Source of the DNA: Botryllus schlosseri
Lineage: Eukaryota
Length of the DNA: 64,000 bases
NCBI GenBank assembly: GCA_051294905.1
Contig: CM119378.1
Location: forward strand, 9,672,001 to 9,736,000
Direction of reading: 5' to 3'
This document shows positions 47,801 to 59,403 of this stretch, one piece after another. The position numbers were made by a program, and so were the translations under genes. The notes under the pieces are model-generated. The model was not told the DNA's origin and did not search any database. It worked only from the letters and a program-made list of their open reading frames with translations. Positions within the stretch are counted from its first letter, which is position 1. Every line of letters begins with the position of its first letter.

Positions 47801-50077
47801 CTTAATGTGGCCATCGGCTATGCTTTGCTTCAAATCGTTGACATACATCTCTGAAACATAGCTCGGTTTATAAATTAGTCCATGTCAATAGCCAGCACTG
47901 TCACCAATTAGAAAAATAGGAATTTACCAAGCTGCACTCTATGTGCAATTTGAAAATGAGATTGGTTCTTCTTTCTTTCCTGTTTGCCATAAGCTTGAAA
48001 ATGAATAAAACTAGATCTGTATACCTTCCAAATGACACAGTCAGGTCAGATCAAGTAACAAGTTGGCATGGTATGGAAGTATGGCATGGCATGGAACGAA
48101 ATTTCGGTATGGAATATGGAAAAGTGCAAGTATGATATGGTATGGAAATTTCCCAAGTATGGTATGGGACGTGTTTTCCATACTTCCATACTTTTTCCAT
48201 ACTTTGACAGTTTTGCCAGAACCATGACAATAATCTTACTTTTGATTTGTCCAATTGATTGCATACCACCGAAAATCGCTCACTGTCTATGTTCATATCT
48301 CATATTGTGACTCACCCATCCCGGTCGACATATATTTGAAGACAATAATATCTATTCTCTAATATTTATTTTCTCATTTGCAATTCAGCAATTCGTATTA
48401 TCAGTGCCTCCAATTAGCGAGAATCGATTGGACAGCGGCACGCGATCTCCCTCATAGGTTGTTATTTATTCGTGTGCAAAATGAGGTGGTAGGTGTGATT
48501 GAAATCACCTGATTCGTTAAAATAAAAGTTCATATGTATATGTATAGCAACATGTATTCACGGGAGATCGTGGAATCGCTAATTGATAGCATAGCCGTAC
48601 TCGTTACTAATGAATAACATATTTCTTACTGCTCGAGTTATAGTGGCGTGCGACAGTGTAGGTCATGGCGGCTTCTACCATACGCATAAGTTTATTAACA
48701 CCAGGAAGTCGCTCTGACCCATGCAATATATTCGGCATTTACACATGTAAATTGATGCTACCTTTGTACATTTGGAAAAATTTCAAACCCTTCCTATTTC
48801 TCTGTGGGCTTACCTCATATATCCATTTTACGGAGGCGTCACATTGCATTGTACGGTTATCAGTTCACTGATCATTAATTAAATAGCGTGCTGTTCCATT
48901 CTGGGGGTGTTAACGTTCACCAATAGCAAGTCTTACCAAATTTTATTGGAGAAGCAGTTTAAAGTATATAAAGGTTGGGAACCTATCTTATAATTTGACA
49001 ATACATTTTTTTATGTAATTCTGTATATGAGGTTACTGCTAGCAGTACGTTACCACACTAGATTTACATGTCATGAGATTCTGTTGCGATTTCTTGATAA
49101 TCCCGTGTGTATAGGCCTATATTATATGTTTCTACATTGCTGACGACATATGATATAAAGAAACTGGGGATATCGTTGATGCATCGGGGCTGTTTAAACG
49201 GATAATCTCATCCAAAACAATTATAATATAAACGCCGGAACATTTCCTCACATCAAAAATAGAATATCACTTGGGATGTTGGTCAAGTTGCGAAAGTATG
49301 GAAATATTATCAAATATGGTATGGAAGAATGTTGCTATGGTATGGAAAATGGTCAAGTATGGTATGGAACGATTGGGCGGGTAAGTAGTATGGAAGATTC
49401 CCATTCCATTCCATACCATACCATGCCCTTCAAACATAAGTATGTTTCACAAGTACTAGATTGCTATTCAAGGTGTGCAGCAATCAACAAAACAAATTTT
49501 CTTAACAGAAAATATTTAGTCCAGGGTACCATACCTAGTCTGTTCATCCCGTGGCTGTAATGTCCTCTGTGATCTGCCATGATCAGCGTCTCTGCCATCT
49601 GGTCTGAATGTGCAGGCAAGGCTCCGGCAGCAGTGATGCATCTCGAAACAAACTGCTTTGCCGCAGCGATTGTCACTGTCTTTGTGGCACTGAAGTGAAG
49701 AAAGGAACAGATGCGACTAGACTAGGGCTGCCAGAAGTGCAGGTGGTAACTTTTCCCATCCACTCAATCAAGCTCACTAGTAAAGATTTCAAATTATTTT
49801 CGAATATCCTGCACATTCACAGTCGACTCAGACATATCAATCGAAGTAACATCGCAATCACATTTATCCCTATCAGTTAAAACCTGAACAGAATGGTCTT
49901 TGGTTCAATAACGAAGTGCCGAATTACATAGGCCCGGCGTAACGTAAGTAATTCGCCGATTTATCAAGTACCAGACAACCAGAAATACAATGTAATGTTT
50001 GTAAAACGACGATTGTAAAGCAACAATATCTTTAATTTCACGATAAGTAAAGACATAGGATTCGCTTACCTCTCCAT
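38899..50077 (-). CDS. Type-2 malate/L-lactate dehydrogenase family oxidoreductase (Ldh_2; AllD/ComC/YiaK/YjmC-like), 355 aa, with triplicated exon 5
   Basis: Exons 50070-50077 (ATG GAG AG), 49535-49689 (..[14 protein letters not shown]), 47702-47850 (..[12 protein letters not shown]..), 47511-47612 (..[11 protein letters not shown]..), one of 46428-46597 / 45337-45506 / 43862-44031 (GTNPI..DMAT), 41957-42087 ([19 protein letters not shown]), 41792-41898 ([17 protein letters not shown]), 40161-40367 ([16 protein letters not shown]), 38899-38937 ([15 protein letters not shown]). Family motifs occur in the correct order and phases are consistent. Confidence 0.93.
40788..41745. mobile_element. 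TA-flanked (Tc1/mariner-pogo-like) MITE in Ldh_2 intron 7
   Basis: About 26-bp TIR GG(GG/CA)AGAGGAGGCCAAGATGAGACAC flanked by TA on both sides; internal GGGTAAGATGAGACA repeats in both orientations. Confidence 0.8.
42449..43285 (+). mobile_element. hAT-type deletion derivative in the Ldh_2 intron after exon 5c
   Basis: TIR TAGGGCGATTTTTTT..AAAAAAATCGCCCGA; perfect TSD CTAATGAC. Confidence 0.88.
42761..43000 (+). pseudogene. Decayed hAT-like transposase C-terminus (second lineage)
   Basis: ..[51 protein letters not shown]; T-x-x-x-E-R-S-(F)-S-like motif; lies inside a TSD-flanked element. Confidence 0.7.
43862..44031 (-). CDS. Ldh_2 alternative exon 5c
   Basis: 170 nt, phase 0 to 2, cag|GGT..AG|gttcga; [56 protein letters not shown](R). 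Not recognisable in the supplied ORF track; decoded by hand. Confidence 0.85.
45337..45506 (-). CDS. Ldh_2 alternative exon 5b
   Basis: 170 nt, phase 0 to 2, cag|GGG..AG|gttgac; [56 protein letters not shown](R). Confidence 0.9.
46428..46597 (-). CDS. Ldh_2 alternative exon 5a
   Basis: 170 nt, phase 0 to 2, cag|GGC..AG|gtcagt; [56 protein letters not shown](R). Confidence 0.92.
46783..46810 (-). promoter_or_regulatory. Candidate intronic RNA docking site for exon-5 selection
   Basis: Pre-mRNA UAAAGCGACGGUAGUGUGAAGCAAUGUC is complementary to segments at 45832-45857, 44081-44093 and 43841-43853. Function is inferred only. Confidence 0.4.
48061..49430. mobile_element. TATGG-rich element with mirrored ~145-bp arms in Ldh_2 intron 2
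   Basis: GGCATGGTATGG.. at the left end, ..CCATACCATGCC at the right; the two TATGG/CCATA clusters mirror each other; no clean TSD. Confidence 0.6.
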
Positions 50078-50281
50078 TGCAACAAGTGTCTGTCTCTAAT
50101 GCGATTTCCAATCACCTGTCGTAGCTCACGAACCGAGCAGAGAAATACGCAGATGCAGATGCAGATGCACTCAAGTCAGTCACGTACAAGGTTGCACTCA
50201 GCGAGTCGCCAGCGCACTGCTTCTCTGCAAACCGTGCGGCAATCGATCATGCGTGATAGATCTATCTACTATATAGCAGGG

Positions 50282-50754
50282 CATCATCATCATCATCATC
50301 ATTGGTTTATTAGCAATTTTATCAGTTCAATACACCACAAAAAATGCGATACAATGAAAAGAAAGGAAGATGTCGAAGCGACTAGGAGTTGTCTATGGAA
50401 TCAGACACCCACCTTGGCCTAGGCGATGTAAAGAGGAGGCATGCACACTGAATGAAAGTAAGATAGATAGTATAGAAAAAGGAAGTGACAAGAAATAGGG
50501 CGGCATGTCATGGGAAGCGAGATCGATAGGTCAGTCGTGGTCCGGTAATCTTGAGGATGGACTGTATTTATTTAGTAGTAATTGCTTGTATTTCGACTTG
50601 AATGTGGACATGCTCGTCGACTGCCGGATGGCCGGCGGGATACTGTTCCACACATCAGGTCCGGCATATTTGATAGAGCGATGATCTTTTCGGTCGATCA
50701 TATGATATTTGGACGACGTGGACGCGCGTGTGTTGTACTTGTGCGCTTTTGATT
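50282..50754 (-). mobile_element. Uninterrupted copy of the LINE 3'-end element
   Basis: Same sequence as 13513-13635 plus 15195-15524, with a single GCCTAGGC at the MITE target site. Confidence 0.85.
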
Positions 50755-52407
50755 CAGAGGTAAAGAAGTCATTGAAATATTCGGGGCAACGACCGCAGTG
50801 AACCCGCTATATAAACTTGGCGATTTCTAGTTTCCGCATATCTTCTATGTTTAGGACGCCGAATCTCTTCAGTAGCGACTTATAGGATGGGCAGCCAGGT
50901 ATGCAGCACCGTAACTGCCGCACCCCAAACCCCCCAATTGCGTCCCGATGCCAATCTTCATAACAATGAAAAATTCGAGGCTGATTGTGGGAGTTCCAGG
51001 GCCACGAGCGGAATAAAATTTATATTTTCGTAATCAGTGCAGAGTCAGCTTTCGATTGATACCTGTTTCACCAAATTTAATGCTCGGCAAGCCGGTCAAA
51101 AATGACCGTCAAATTGCCTGTAGCCAAATTGAAATTGTGACGCAATACAATTTCACTGAGGCGTGAGATTTGCCTGGGTCGACACCATATAGGACACTAT
51201 GGTATTACACTTAAATAGGTTCCTTGTGGTGCAGAATTTGAATATTGCAACGAACAACACATTCATATTCGCAATTTATTCACTGTAAGCTTTTCAACTG
51301 ACCCTCGTCGGTAGTGGCCGTCAGTATAATGCGGAGATTGCAATTCGCAATATAAAGATGAAATAGGTAGTGTGACGTAAGAATGGTATAACAACAACAA
51401 CGAGAAAAATCACAAAACGAGAGCGTTAAGCAAAAATGCAATTACTGCAATACAAATTGGCTATAATATATAGCCAGAGACGCAACACTAATGAAATACA
51501 CGGAGAGAATATAGTCGGTCCTTTTGCCGACAAAGAATCGGTTGCGAGATTACACTTGAGATAACATCGTACCATATTGCTCACTAACCTGTGCGTCAAC
51601 CTGTACTGACGCATAAACCTGCCTTTGTGATAGCTAGCAATCGGCTCGTTTTAATTCGGATCTGCTGGTACACCCCTGTACACCCCATCCGAGTGGTACA
51701 CCCTTTGCAGATTCTGGTACACCCGACTAGGGTGTACGAAAACCCCGGTTGAAGAGCACTGATATAGCTGATAGCCGATCATCATTCATGGTAGAACGTA
51801 ATTACGACTTTATCAGTTTGAGCTGTGAAAAGCTCCTCTCACAGCTCGCAATTTAAACACCAAAAGGACAGACAAAGTTTCAGATACGAGCATAAATATG
51901 GTGTCAAATCAAGTAGGTGTGATTTAACCAGGGCTTTGGAGCAATCGTAAATTTTAAACTGCTCCAGCTCCGGCTCCGGAGCGCTCTTCTATGATGAATT
52001 AGCTCTTGCTCCAGCTCCGGAGCTCATTGCTACCACTGCTCCTGGTCCAGCTCCGGCTCCGGCTCCGGCAACTATGGTTCGGTTGTAGCCGTCGCAAGGA
52101 ACCATCATTTTGTGGGGGTATGCAAAGTCCTGTAACGTAATAATTACTTCGTGTCGTCTGTCGATGACGTCATATCCGCACGAGAACGCAATTTACTCCA
52201 TGCCATTTGTACAATGCACATTGTACACATGATACAGCATTAAAACAGTGACGTGATGTTTTACTACCGTTACTGCGCTTGTTAATACCAAGCCATACAG
52301 TCCAATATAATCTAGAAAAGGTGCTATTTGTTCAGATGTAACTGCAGAAATGAGCGCATGTCGCGACCTTACCAGCAGGAATCCACTTTTTACCAAATAT
52401 ACCCAAT

Positions 52408-54715
52408 CACTGGCGTAGCCAGCGAGGGGCGAAAGGGGCGATCGCCCCCCCCCCCAAATTTTTGGAAAATTTTTCGTAAAATCAATAAATATGACATTAT
52501 TTTAGGGCAGATGAATGCAACCTAAAAAATTTCTACGCGCTTCGCGCGATTTAGTGTCCATGATCATAACTGTCTTGATTTTATTATCGGTGTCCCGAAA
52601 AAAAATCTTCCGCAAATACCCACAATTGATTTTAGCTGCATTCTTAATTATGAGAATACAACAGTACCAGTAGATACACGAGAGTAACTCAAGGTCGTTG
52701 GGTTGATTGAGTTTAGGGTTGTCAGTTCAGTATGGGGATTGGGGACTGTTAGCTCCGACAATTCCTGTTACGGGACACACGAAGACATATAAAGTAGGTT
52801 ATTACATGCGACTCCGCAAAGTGCGCTCCCAAAATGATTGACGGCCATAAAACCGACGCATGTATTCGATATAGAATTTCGGGTACTTAAATGGCTGGCG
52901 CCTAATGATCCTGTCCCTGCAATCTGACTTCTCCGACATGAATGCGACTGGCACAGGAAAATATCGCCACCTCCCTTTAAAAAGTGCTAATTTGAAATCG
53001 CACGAGTCTGATCAAAGGAGTTTTGTAATTTGGTCTGGTATATATACCAGCAATTCCAATCTCTAAACTAGCATCAATCTTTACCAGAGGTCACTAAATA
53101 ACCGTGCTTCAACGAAGTAATTATTAAGAATGGAATCCACTTGCTCATATACACGCACCAATATTATTGATCAAATACTTTCATTTATTCAAAAACATGT
53201 ACGCTCCGCGCGACTAGGTCCGAAATGCACACTGCTTTTCAACTGGAAGCAACTGGAAACTTCCATAGGGTATGTGTGTGCGTGCGTCTAAGAATCGTCT
53301 GAATATATGGTAGTGATCAAATTGTCCATGGCAGGATGTACGGTTCTGCGAGGTGTTCCCAAGGGAGAGCTTCCCTAAACTCATAAAAATCCCCCCCCCC
53401 CCGCAATAAAAAAATGTAATTCTGGCTACGACCTTGTGTATGAGCGATCTCTTGAGTGGTGACAGCTTTCTCCGCAAGTCATGAAGTAACAACAATAAAT
53501 GACAACTGTCCCGCCAAGCGTCCACCCTATACAAACTCTAAATCAGTGGTTCTCAACCTTTTTGTCGTCGCGGACCCTCTTTGCACCGTCACGTACCCCG
53601 GCGGACCCCCAGTTCTTATTTCAAATTTGCCTCTATTATCATGCAACCTTCATCTGTCTTGTGCAATTATTATCTGTAGGCTAGTGATAAACAACAGCGA
53701 AATGACCTTTCTTGAAAATAACATCGACTTTTTAGTATATTTTAAAGCGAATTCTGTAGCTGCATTTCTTGAAATACAGGGCTATGTCTTGAAAATCCAC
53801 GTCGTCGATTTGATATGAACGAGTGCCGAGAATCCATTTCCACAGAGATAGGTGGTGGCGAATGTAATAATAACGCGTAACGCGTCCGACGACACATTTG
53901 GCTATGATGGCAACATACATGGATCAATATATCCTCCAGAGTTCAGCCTATAGTCATTTCTATCTAGCAGCTCATCGTGAAGTTATTCTGGAATAGCGGT
54001 CGGTGTATTTCATAGGAGAAAATGGATCTCTGCATACAATTATTTCCAAAACCCCAGCTAAACAATCCTAAACAGCAATGTGTTCGTATAAGTAGGCTAT
54101 TGGCAATTAAAATGACTTTGCGCGGTGGAATATTTCATCTCAGACGGCCATTCTCTGTTTATATGAGTCCTGAACTTTCAGCAGTTATGAAGCGAAAGTG
54201 CTTCATCATCAAACCAAAAATAGTTTATTATTATTAGGTTATCAAACATTTTTCAAATTTGGAGTTTTCGTGGATCCCTTGAAAAGGCTTTGCGGATCAC
54301 CGGTTGAGAACCACTGCTCTAAATAGTCTTGCCGTGTGTTATGAACATAGTTCAAGTGTACTAGCCCTGAATGTTCGATGACACCACTTCTATCAGCTTT
54401 GCCGGTAAATCTGATAATGAAAACGTATTTGCAAAATGCAAGTAACAATATAATGAACAATTTTCATTCTTTAACCAAAAAATTTTCGCGCTTGGCGCGA
54501 AAGTATTGACGTCAGAGTTTTCTACAATCACACATCACTTTATATGAGCGGAATATATGCATAAAGATTGCCTCAGATGTTGTGTTAATCATCCAATAAG
54601 GGCCCAAGACCATCGTTTTAGCCCATTTTTCCTTATCTTTAGGTGGGAGGGGCTCATTTACGTCATCGAATTTTTCGCCCCCCCCCCCCAAATATTTTTT
54701 CTGGCTACGCCCTTG
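52408..54715. mobile_element. hAT-type GGCGTAGCCAG element hosting 53544-54316
   Basis: CACTGGCGTAGCCAG..CTGGCTACGCCCTTG; perfect TSD TACCCAAT. Confidence 0.85.
53544..54316. mobile_element. hAT (Charlie-like) MITE, nested
   Basis: CAGTGGTTCTCAACC..GGTTGAGAACCACTG; perfect TSD CTCTAAAT. Confidence 0.9.
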
Positions 54716-55390
54716 TACCCAATGGCTTTAAATTCGATATTGGTGCGCTCGTTACCAGTCCGTCCATCGGCGATCAAGTTTAGTGGAGCATAGAAGGTTC
54801 CCCTTCTAACAAATCGAATAAACTCGATATTAGTGCCACTGACAATCTGGTGGTGCACCCATTTTTGAGAACTTAATTCAACATCTTGCACTGTAAAAGT
54901 CAGTAACCAATTATTGACCTCCTGCAAGCTCGCAAGTGACATTGCGCGACAATTCAAAAATACGAGTGTATCAAGCAGACAAGGATGAATACATAAAATT
55001 GATGATTAGAAATTGGAAAGCGCGCATCCAATCACTAATTGCTATCTTATATTACACGCCAGGGCAGGGTTCGGACACCGCATTCAGACTAGGACAACTG
55101 GATAATTCTAGTTGTCTAATTTCACTAAATGCCAGTAATCTTATTCTAATCTAATTTGTGTAATGTTTCTATGATCTAATTATAATTCTACTCTAATTTG
55201 CGAAATGTTCCTATGCTCTAATTCTAATTCTAATCTAATTTGTGAAATGTTTTTATTCTCTAATTTTAGTTATAATCTAATTTATTGTTTTCCTCTAAAT
55301 GCCTCTTTGTCCGCGGCATTTTTCAGCGAGTTAACAAGAATATTCCTCTCGAGCACGGAAATCCAGTGCCAAGCAGCCATCGCATTGGAT

Positions 55391-56830
55391 CAGTGGTTCC
55401 CAACCTTTTTGTCTCCATTCCCCACTTCAGATTTATTCCGAGCCGTCATTCCCCACCAGGACCGTAACAGCACTTTGTCAGCCCCGCCAAAAAACGTAGG
55501 TCTTGGGCTTCCAGAACCCCCTCAACCCTGCTGAGCCTGTACGCTTTTCCCATACAACTTATGAGCTACATTGGGTCTATTGTTTAGTGTATCGCCTTAT
55601 TTCGACTAAACGCGCTAAGCGCGAAAAATTTATATAATTCGTGTTTGAATCGGCCAATATGATCCGGAATTGCATATATTTTGCTATCAATTTTTTATCC
55701 CCTCTCTGCTCACGTAATCAGATTTACCGGTAGAGCTGAGTGAGGTGTGTTGGAAAAGGTAGGACCCCGAAATAAGAATTGAACATCTTCGGGCGGACCC
55801 GTTGGTATATTGACTTCGACACATTATGCTATTTAATTCGTGACCTCCTATATCTGCTATGTCAAAAGATATGGAAATCGCCAAAACTAAAAGGCATACA
55901 CGATTTCAAAGTGGTATTGCTTTACTGGCAAATAATTTTTCCCTGCGGGATGGCATTTGTCCGGTGGGGTTCAGATCGCCAGGACAGGAACATTCGGCGC
56001 CAGCCATTTAGCCAATTAAACATATATGTATATTGTATATATATATCGAAGTTTTGGGTCACCACAAATGCATTCCTTCTCGGTCAAGGTCTTCTCGCTG
56101 CTGGTCGTTCTGGCACACTTCTCGGAGTTGCATATTTCATGGCCTATAACTTCATATGCGTTGGTGCGTCGTGGCGCAGTAATGGCCGACGCCGAAGTCT
56201 ACATTTCTATAAATCCTATACGTATCTTCGTGCCGGAAGGGTACCTAATAATCAGATATTGGGCAATATTAAATTTTTTGAAAAAGTGGCATAACTTTTT
56301 AAAAAATACTTTAATTTATGTTAATTCACGAAATAATTTTGGGCCCCTTTGAGCTCGCCCCGCCAATTGGGGGGTTTGGGGTGGGGCAGTTACGGTTCTG
56401 TTCCCCACTACCCAGCACTTTTGTCATCACAGAGCAGCTATTTGCTGGTATGACTACACAAGACACACAACCACACCAGTACGCAAGACGATCGCCTATA
56501 ACTGCAGCATAAAACGTATGGTGAACTGATACCAGTAAAGCTCAAAATTTCGCGAAAGCGTCATTTCACGTCAAACTAGTCGTGCTGGATGCGTTTGTGA
56601 CGCCATTATTGGCCATCCAGAGTTAAAAATGAGGTTTTCAGAGCAACACACGCAATAGAATTTTCGATACATACATTCCAGAGCAGTTAACTGGTAACGG
56701 TAATTGCGCATGTGTCTCCGTGAATAGGTAGACTGTCCTGTATATAGTTTTGAACAAATGCGTATATTCCCCACCAGAAACCATTGAATTCCCCACCAGT
56801 GGGGAATTCCCCACCGTTTGGGAACCGCTG
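55391..56830. mobile_element. hAT MITE (TTCCCCAC-rich) hosting 55457-56400
   Basis: CAGTGGTTCCCAA..TTGGGAACCGCTG; TSD degenerate (CATTGGAT / ATTAGAT). Confidence 0.7.
55457..56400 (-). mobile_element. CAGGGCCGTAAC family, inverted nested copy
   Basis: CAGGACCGTAAC..GTTACGGTTCTG; perfect TSD TTCCCCAC. Confidence 0.88.
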
Positions 56831-58168
56831 ATTAGATACACCGTGCAATCATAGTAGTTATTGTGACGAATAATAGCCATTTTGGCATTGTAGCTTGTAG
56901 TCTGCGAAAAAGCATTTATTTCGATCACGTTTTTAAAACTTTACGTTAGTACTGTACAACGCCGTGCTCACTTACATGGGCGATGGGCATGGTTACTACA
57001 AAAGAAGTAATTTTATTAAAGAAGTACAAATACAACAAGAAATATTATTATGATCATAAAGTTCATTTTATTTTGAACTATGAGCTGCACACGATACCTG
57101 ATCACGCTTATCAGCAACTAATGAAGCTGAAACATTATTTCATTCTAAAGATTCATCTTGTGGGAAATCACTTGACCATTTTCTCAGCGTCTCCGTCTTG
57201 GCAGTGCATGGGCCATTGAACGTCAAGGCAGCTCTTGAACATTGCTCATATCAGCTGACTCATCAGCTGTTGCCATCGTCGAAACTGTTTCAGTTAGTGG
57301 GGAATAGTGTTGTTGGGCACAGACGAATAGCTAATTTTGAAACAACTACAATAGTTGGAAACTGAAATCAATTTCAGCATTTCAAAATTCTTTACTGCGC
57401 GTTCTTGTTCCAAAATCGCAAATCAGATCGCCGACCGCACGTGTTGGTGACCCCTGGTATAGTACAAAACCAGCCAAGCTTGGTGTACAGAGGTTAACCG
57501 CTCTCATGTTTATGGTAATGCGCTGTGATTTGATATGAACTGAACTTCGTTTTTGCTGTTTTTATTTCTCATTCCCAATTTCATTCAATTTCCAAGTTTT
57601 TGCGAATTCAGTAATTCTAATTCTAATTCTAATCTAATTTGAAAAAAAACTGTTTAGCTCAGCTCTAATTCTAATTCTAATCTAATATGGAAAAAGCTGT
57701 GGAGTTCTAATTGTGTAGCTCTAATTGTGTAGCTCTAATTCTAATTCTAATCTAATTTGGAAACGTGGAAAATTTCTAGTTGTCCAAGTCTGACCGCATT
57801 GACTAGTTCGCATCGCGGCGATTGTAGGCTATGCGGACTTAAAATAGCGATCTGGGCTGCTTCGACGCATTTCCCTATTTACGTTCGCAAATCGTTACTG
57901 GAGTAAACGATCGTGCGCGTTGAATGAATTTCAATTAATAGGCAAAAACGCTATCACACTATCCAATTTGGCGCCACGATTAAATTACTACCAACGAAGA
58001 GCGTGCATTTGCGCGTCCAATTCAGAAAGGAGACAATGTTTCTCGGCGTGCGGCATGCGCGCCTCTAAATCATCATGTGCATTAATTGTGCAGCGATGTC
58101 ATGGTTATATCCTATGGCGTCGGTTATGTATTCATCCCAATACTAATTAGGTATATATTGCTCATCTC

Positions 58169-58730
58169 CAGGGTGTAATGACTCGAGTCATGGCTCGACT
58201 CAGGTCCGACTCGAGTCACGATTTTCTGATGACTCTACTTGACTCGAGTCATTTTCTCAAAATACGGAAATGACTCGACTCGACTCGACTCGACATTGCG
58301 CATGACTCGAACCAAGTCATAGGACTCGAGACGCAGACGGTGAAGACCAACATGTCATTGTAATTTCGACGAACAGTAAAGTAACCACCCTATTGGGATT
58401 TCATCTATTGGTACTAGAACTTGAAAATGCGACCAGAAACTGCTAAAAGTGATGAAGATTAGTATATTATAAGTGCGAACCATTCAATATCACCAAACAG
58501 ACTTACAAAAAGTGAGTTTAACAAGATTTTAACTGGAAACTGAGCAGTCAACACATTGACTTGGACTCGAGTCATAATATTATGACTCGGACTCGACCCT
58601 CTGCTCGATCACTTGGACTCGAACTTGACTCGGTGGTGAGTTGAAAATGACAGTCGACTTGTCTCGAGTCAAAACTATACAAGTGAGATTGACTTGTGAC
58701 TCGGAGCCTTGTGACTTGGTTACAACCCTG
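58169..58730. mobile_element. Same GACTCGA-rich hAT family
   Basis: CAGGGTGTAA..TTACAACCCTG; perfect TSD CTCATCTC; interior matches 2987-3539. Confidence 0.9.
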
Positions 58731-59403
58731 CTCATCTCACTCGCATAAGCATTAATCCCGTTTTGTGACATGCATTAACAACTAAACGTGGTTACTGGTT
58801 AGAAAGAAAAGGTGGTGCCAACGAGGCGACAATTATTAATTTTCTGAGCGATTATCGTAAAATTAAGTGAATTCAGCCATCAGTAAAAGCATAGCATCTC
58901 ATGATGAACCGGCTCCAGCTCCAGCTCCTGCTCCGCTTGAATTTTATGTTGAGCTCCGGCTCCGCTGAAAATGAACGGCTCCGGGGCTCCAGCCCCAGGC
59001 TCCGGCTCCGGCTCCAAAGCCCTGGTTAACTAACCTATGTAAAACATCAAACGCTGTTTCATTACGATCAAGGGTGGTTTCCCTGCTCCGCACCAGCCTC
59101 TTAAATCTGTCAATTTCCGCAGCTAACTCCAATTTACCAATACTGATCTTACTAATGGAAAGCTATTGTTGCCCTGATTCCAGAAATACAATGTAAAAGC
59201 TGGTCAGGGCAACGGAACCACCCCGAAATAGCCGTCAAGTCTGAAAGTAGCATTGCTCCGAATAATCGCTCGATAAAATTTCCATTATCATGGTCAATTG
59301 GTCATTGCGGTCCGATTGTTTGGAACAATCGGCCTTGAAGGCTATTTCGGCGTGGTTTCCTTACCATGCTCAGTGCTCACATTTTAATTTGTGTTTTCGG
59401 AAT

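Larger units (their letters stand above)
55085..57792. mobile_element. hAT-type CTAATT-rich element hosting further insertions
   Basis: TIR CAGACT(A/T)GGACAACT; perfect TSD ACCGCATT; (CTAATT)n subterminal arrays. Confidence 0.88.
51929..59024. mobile_element. GCTCCG-rich TIR element, possibly the outer shell of a 7-kb nest
   Basis: CAGGGCTTTGGAGC at 51929 and GCTCCAAAGCCCTG ending at 59024; flanks GATTTAAC / GTTAAC match only with a 2-nt deletion, so the ends could belong to two separate copies. Confidence 0.5.

Noticed and set aside
55779-56294. 171-aa ORF
   Set aside because: It lies inside a CAGGGCCGTAAC-family copy, has no recognisable motif, and the ORF track shows no equivalent long frame in the sister copies.
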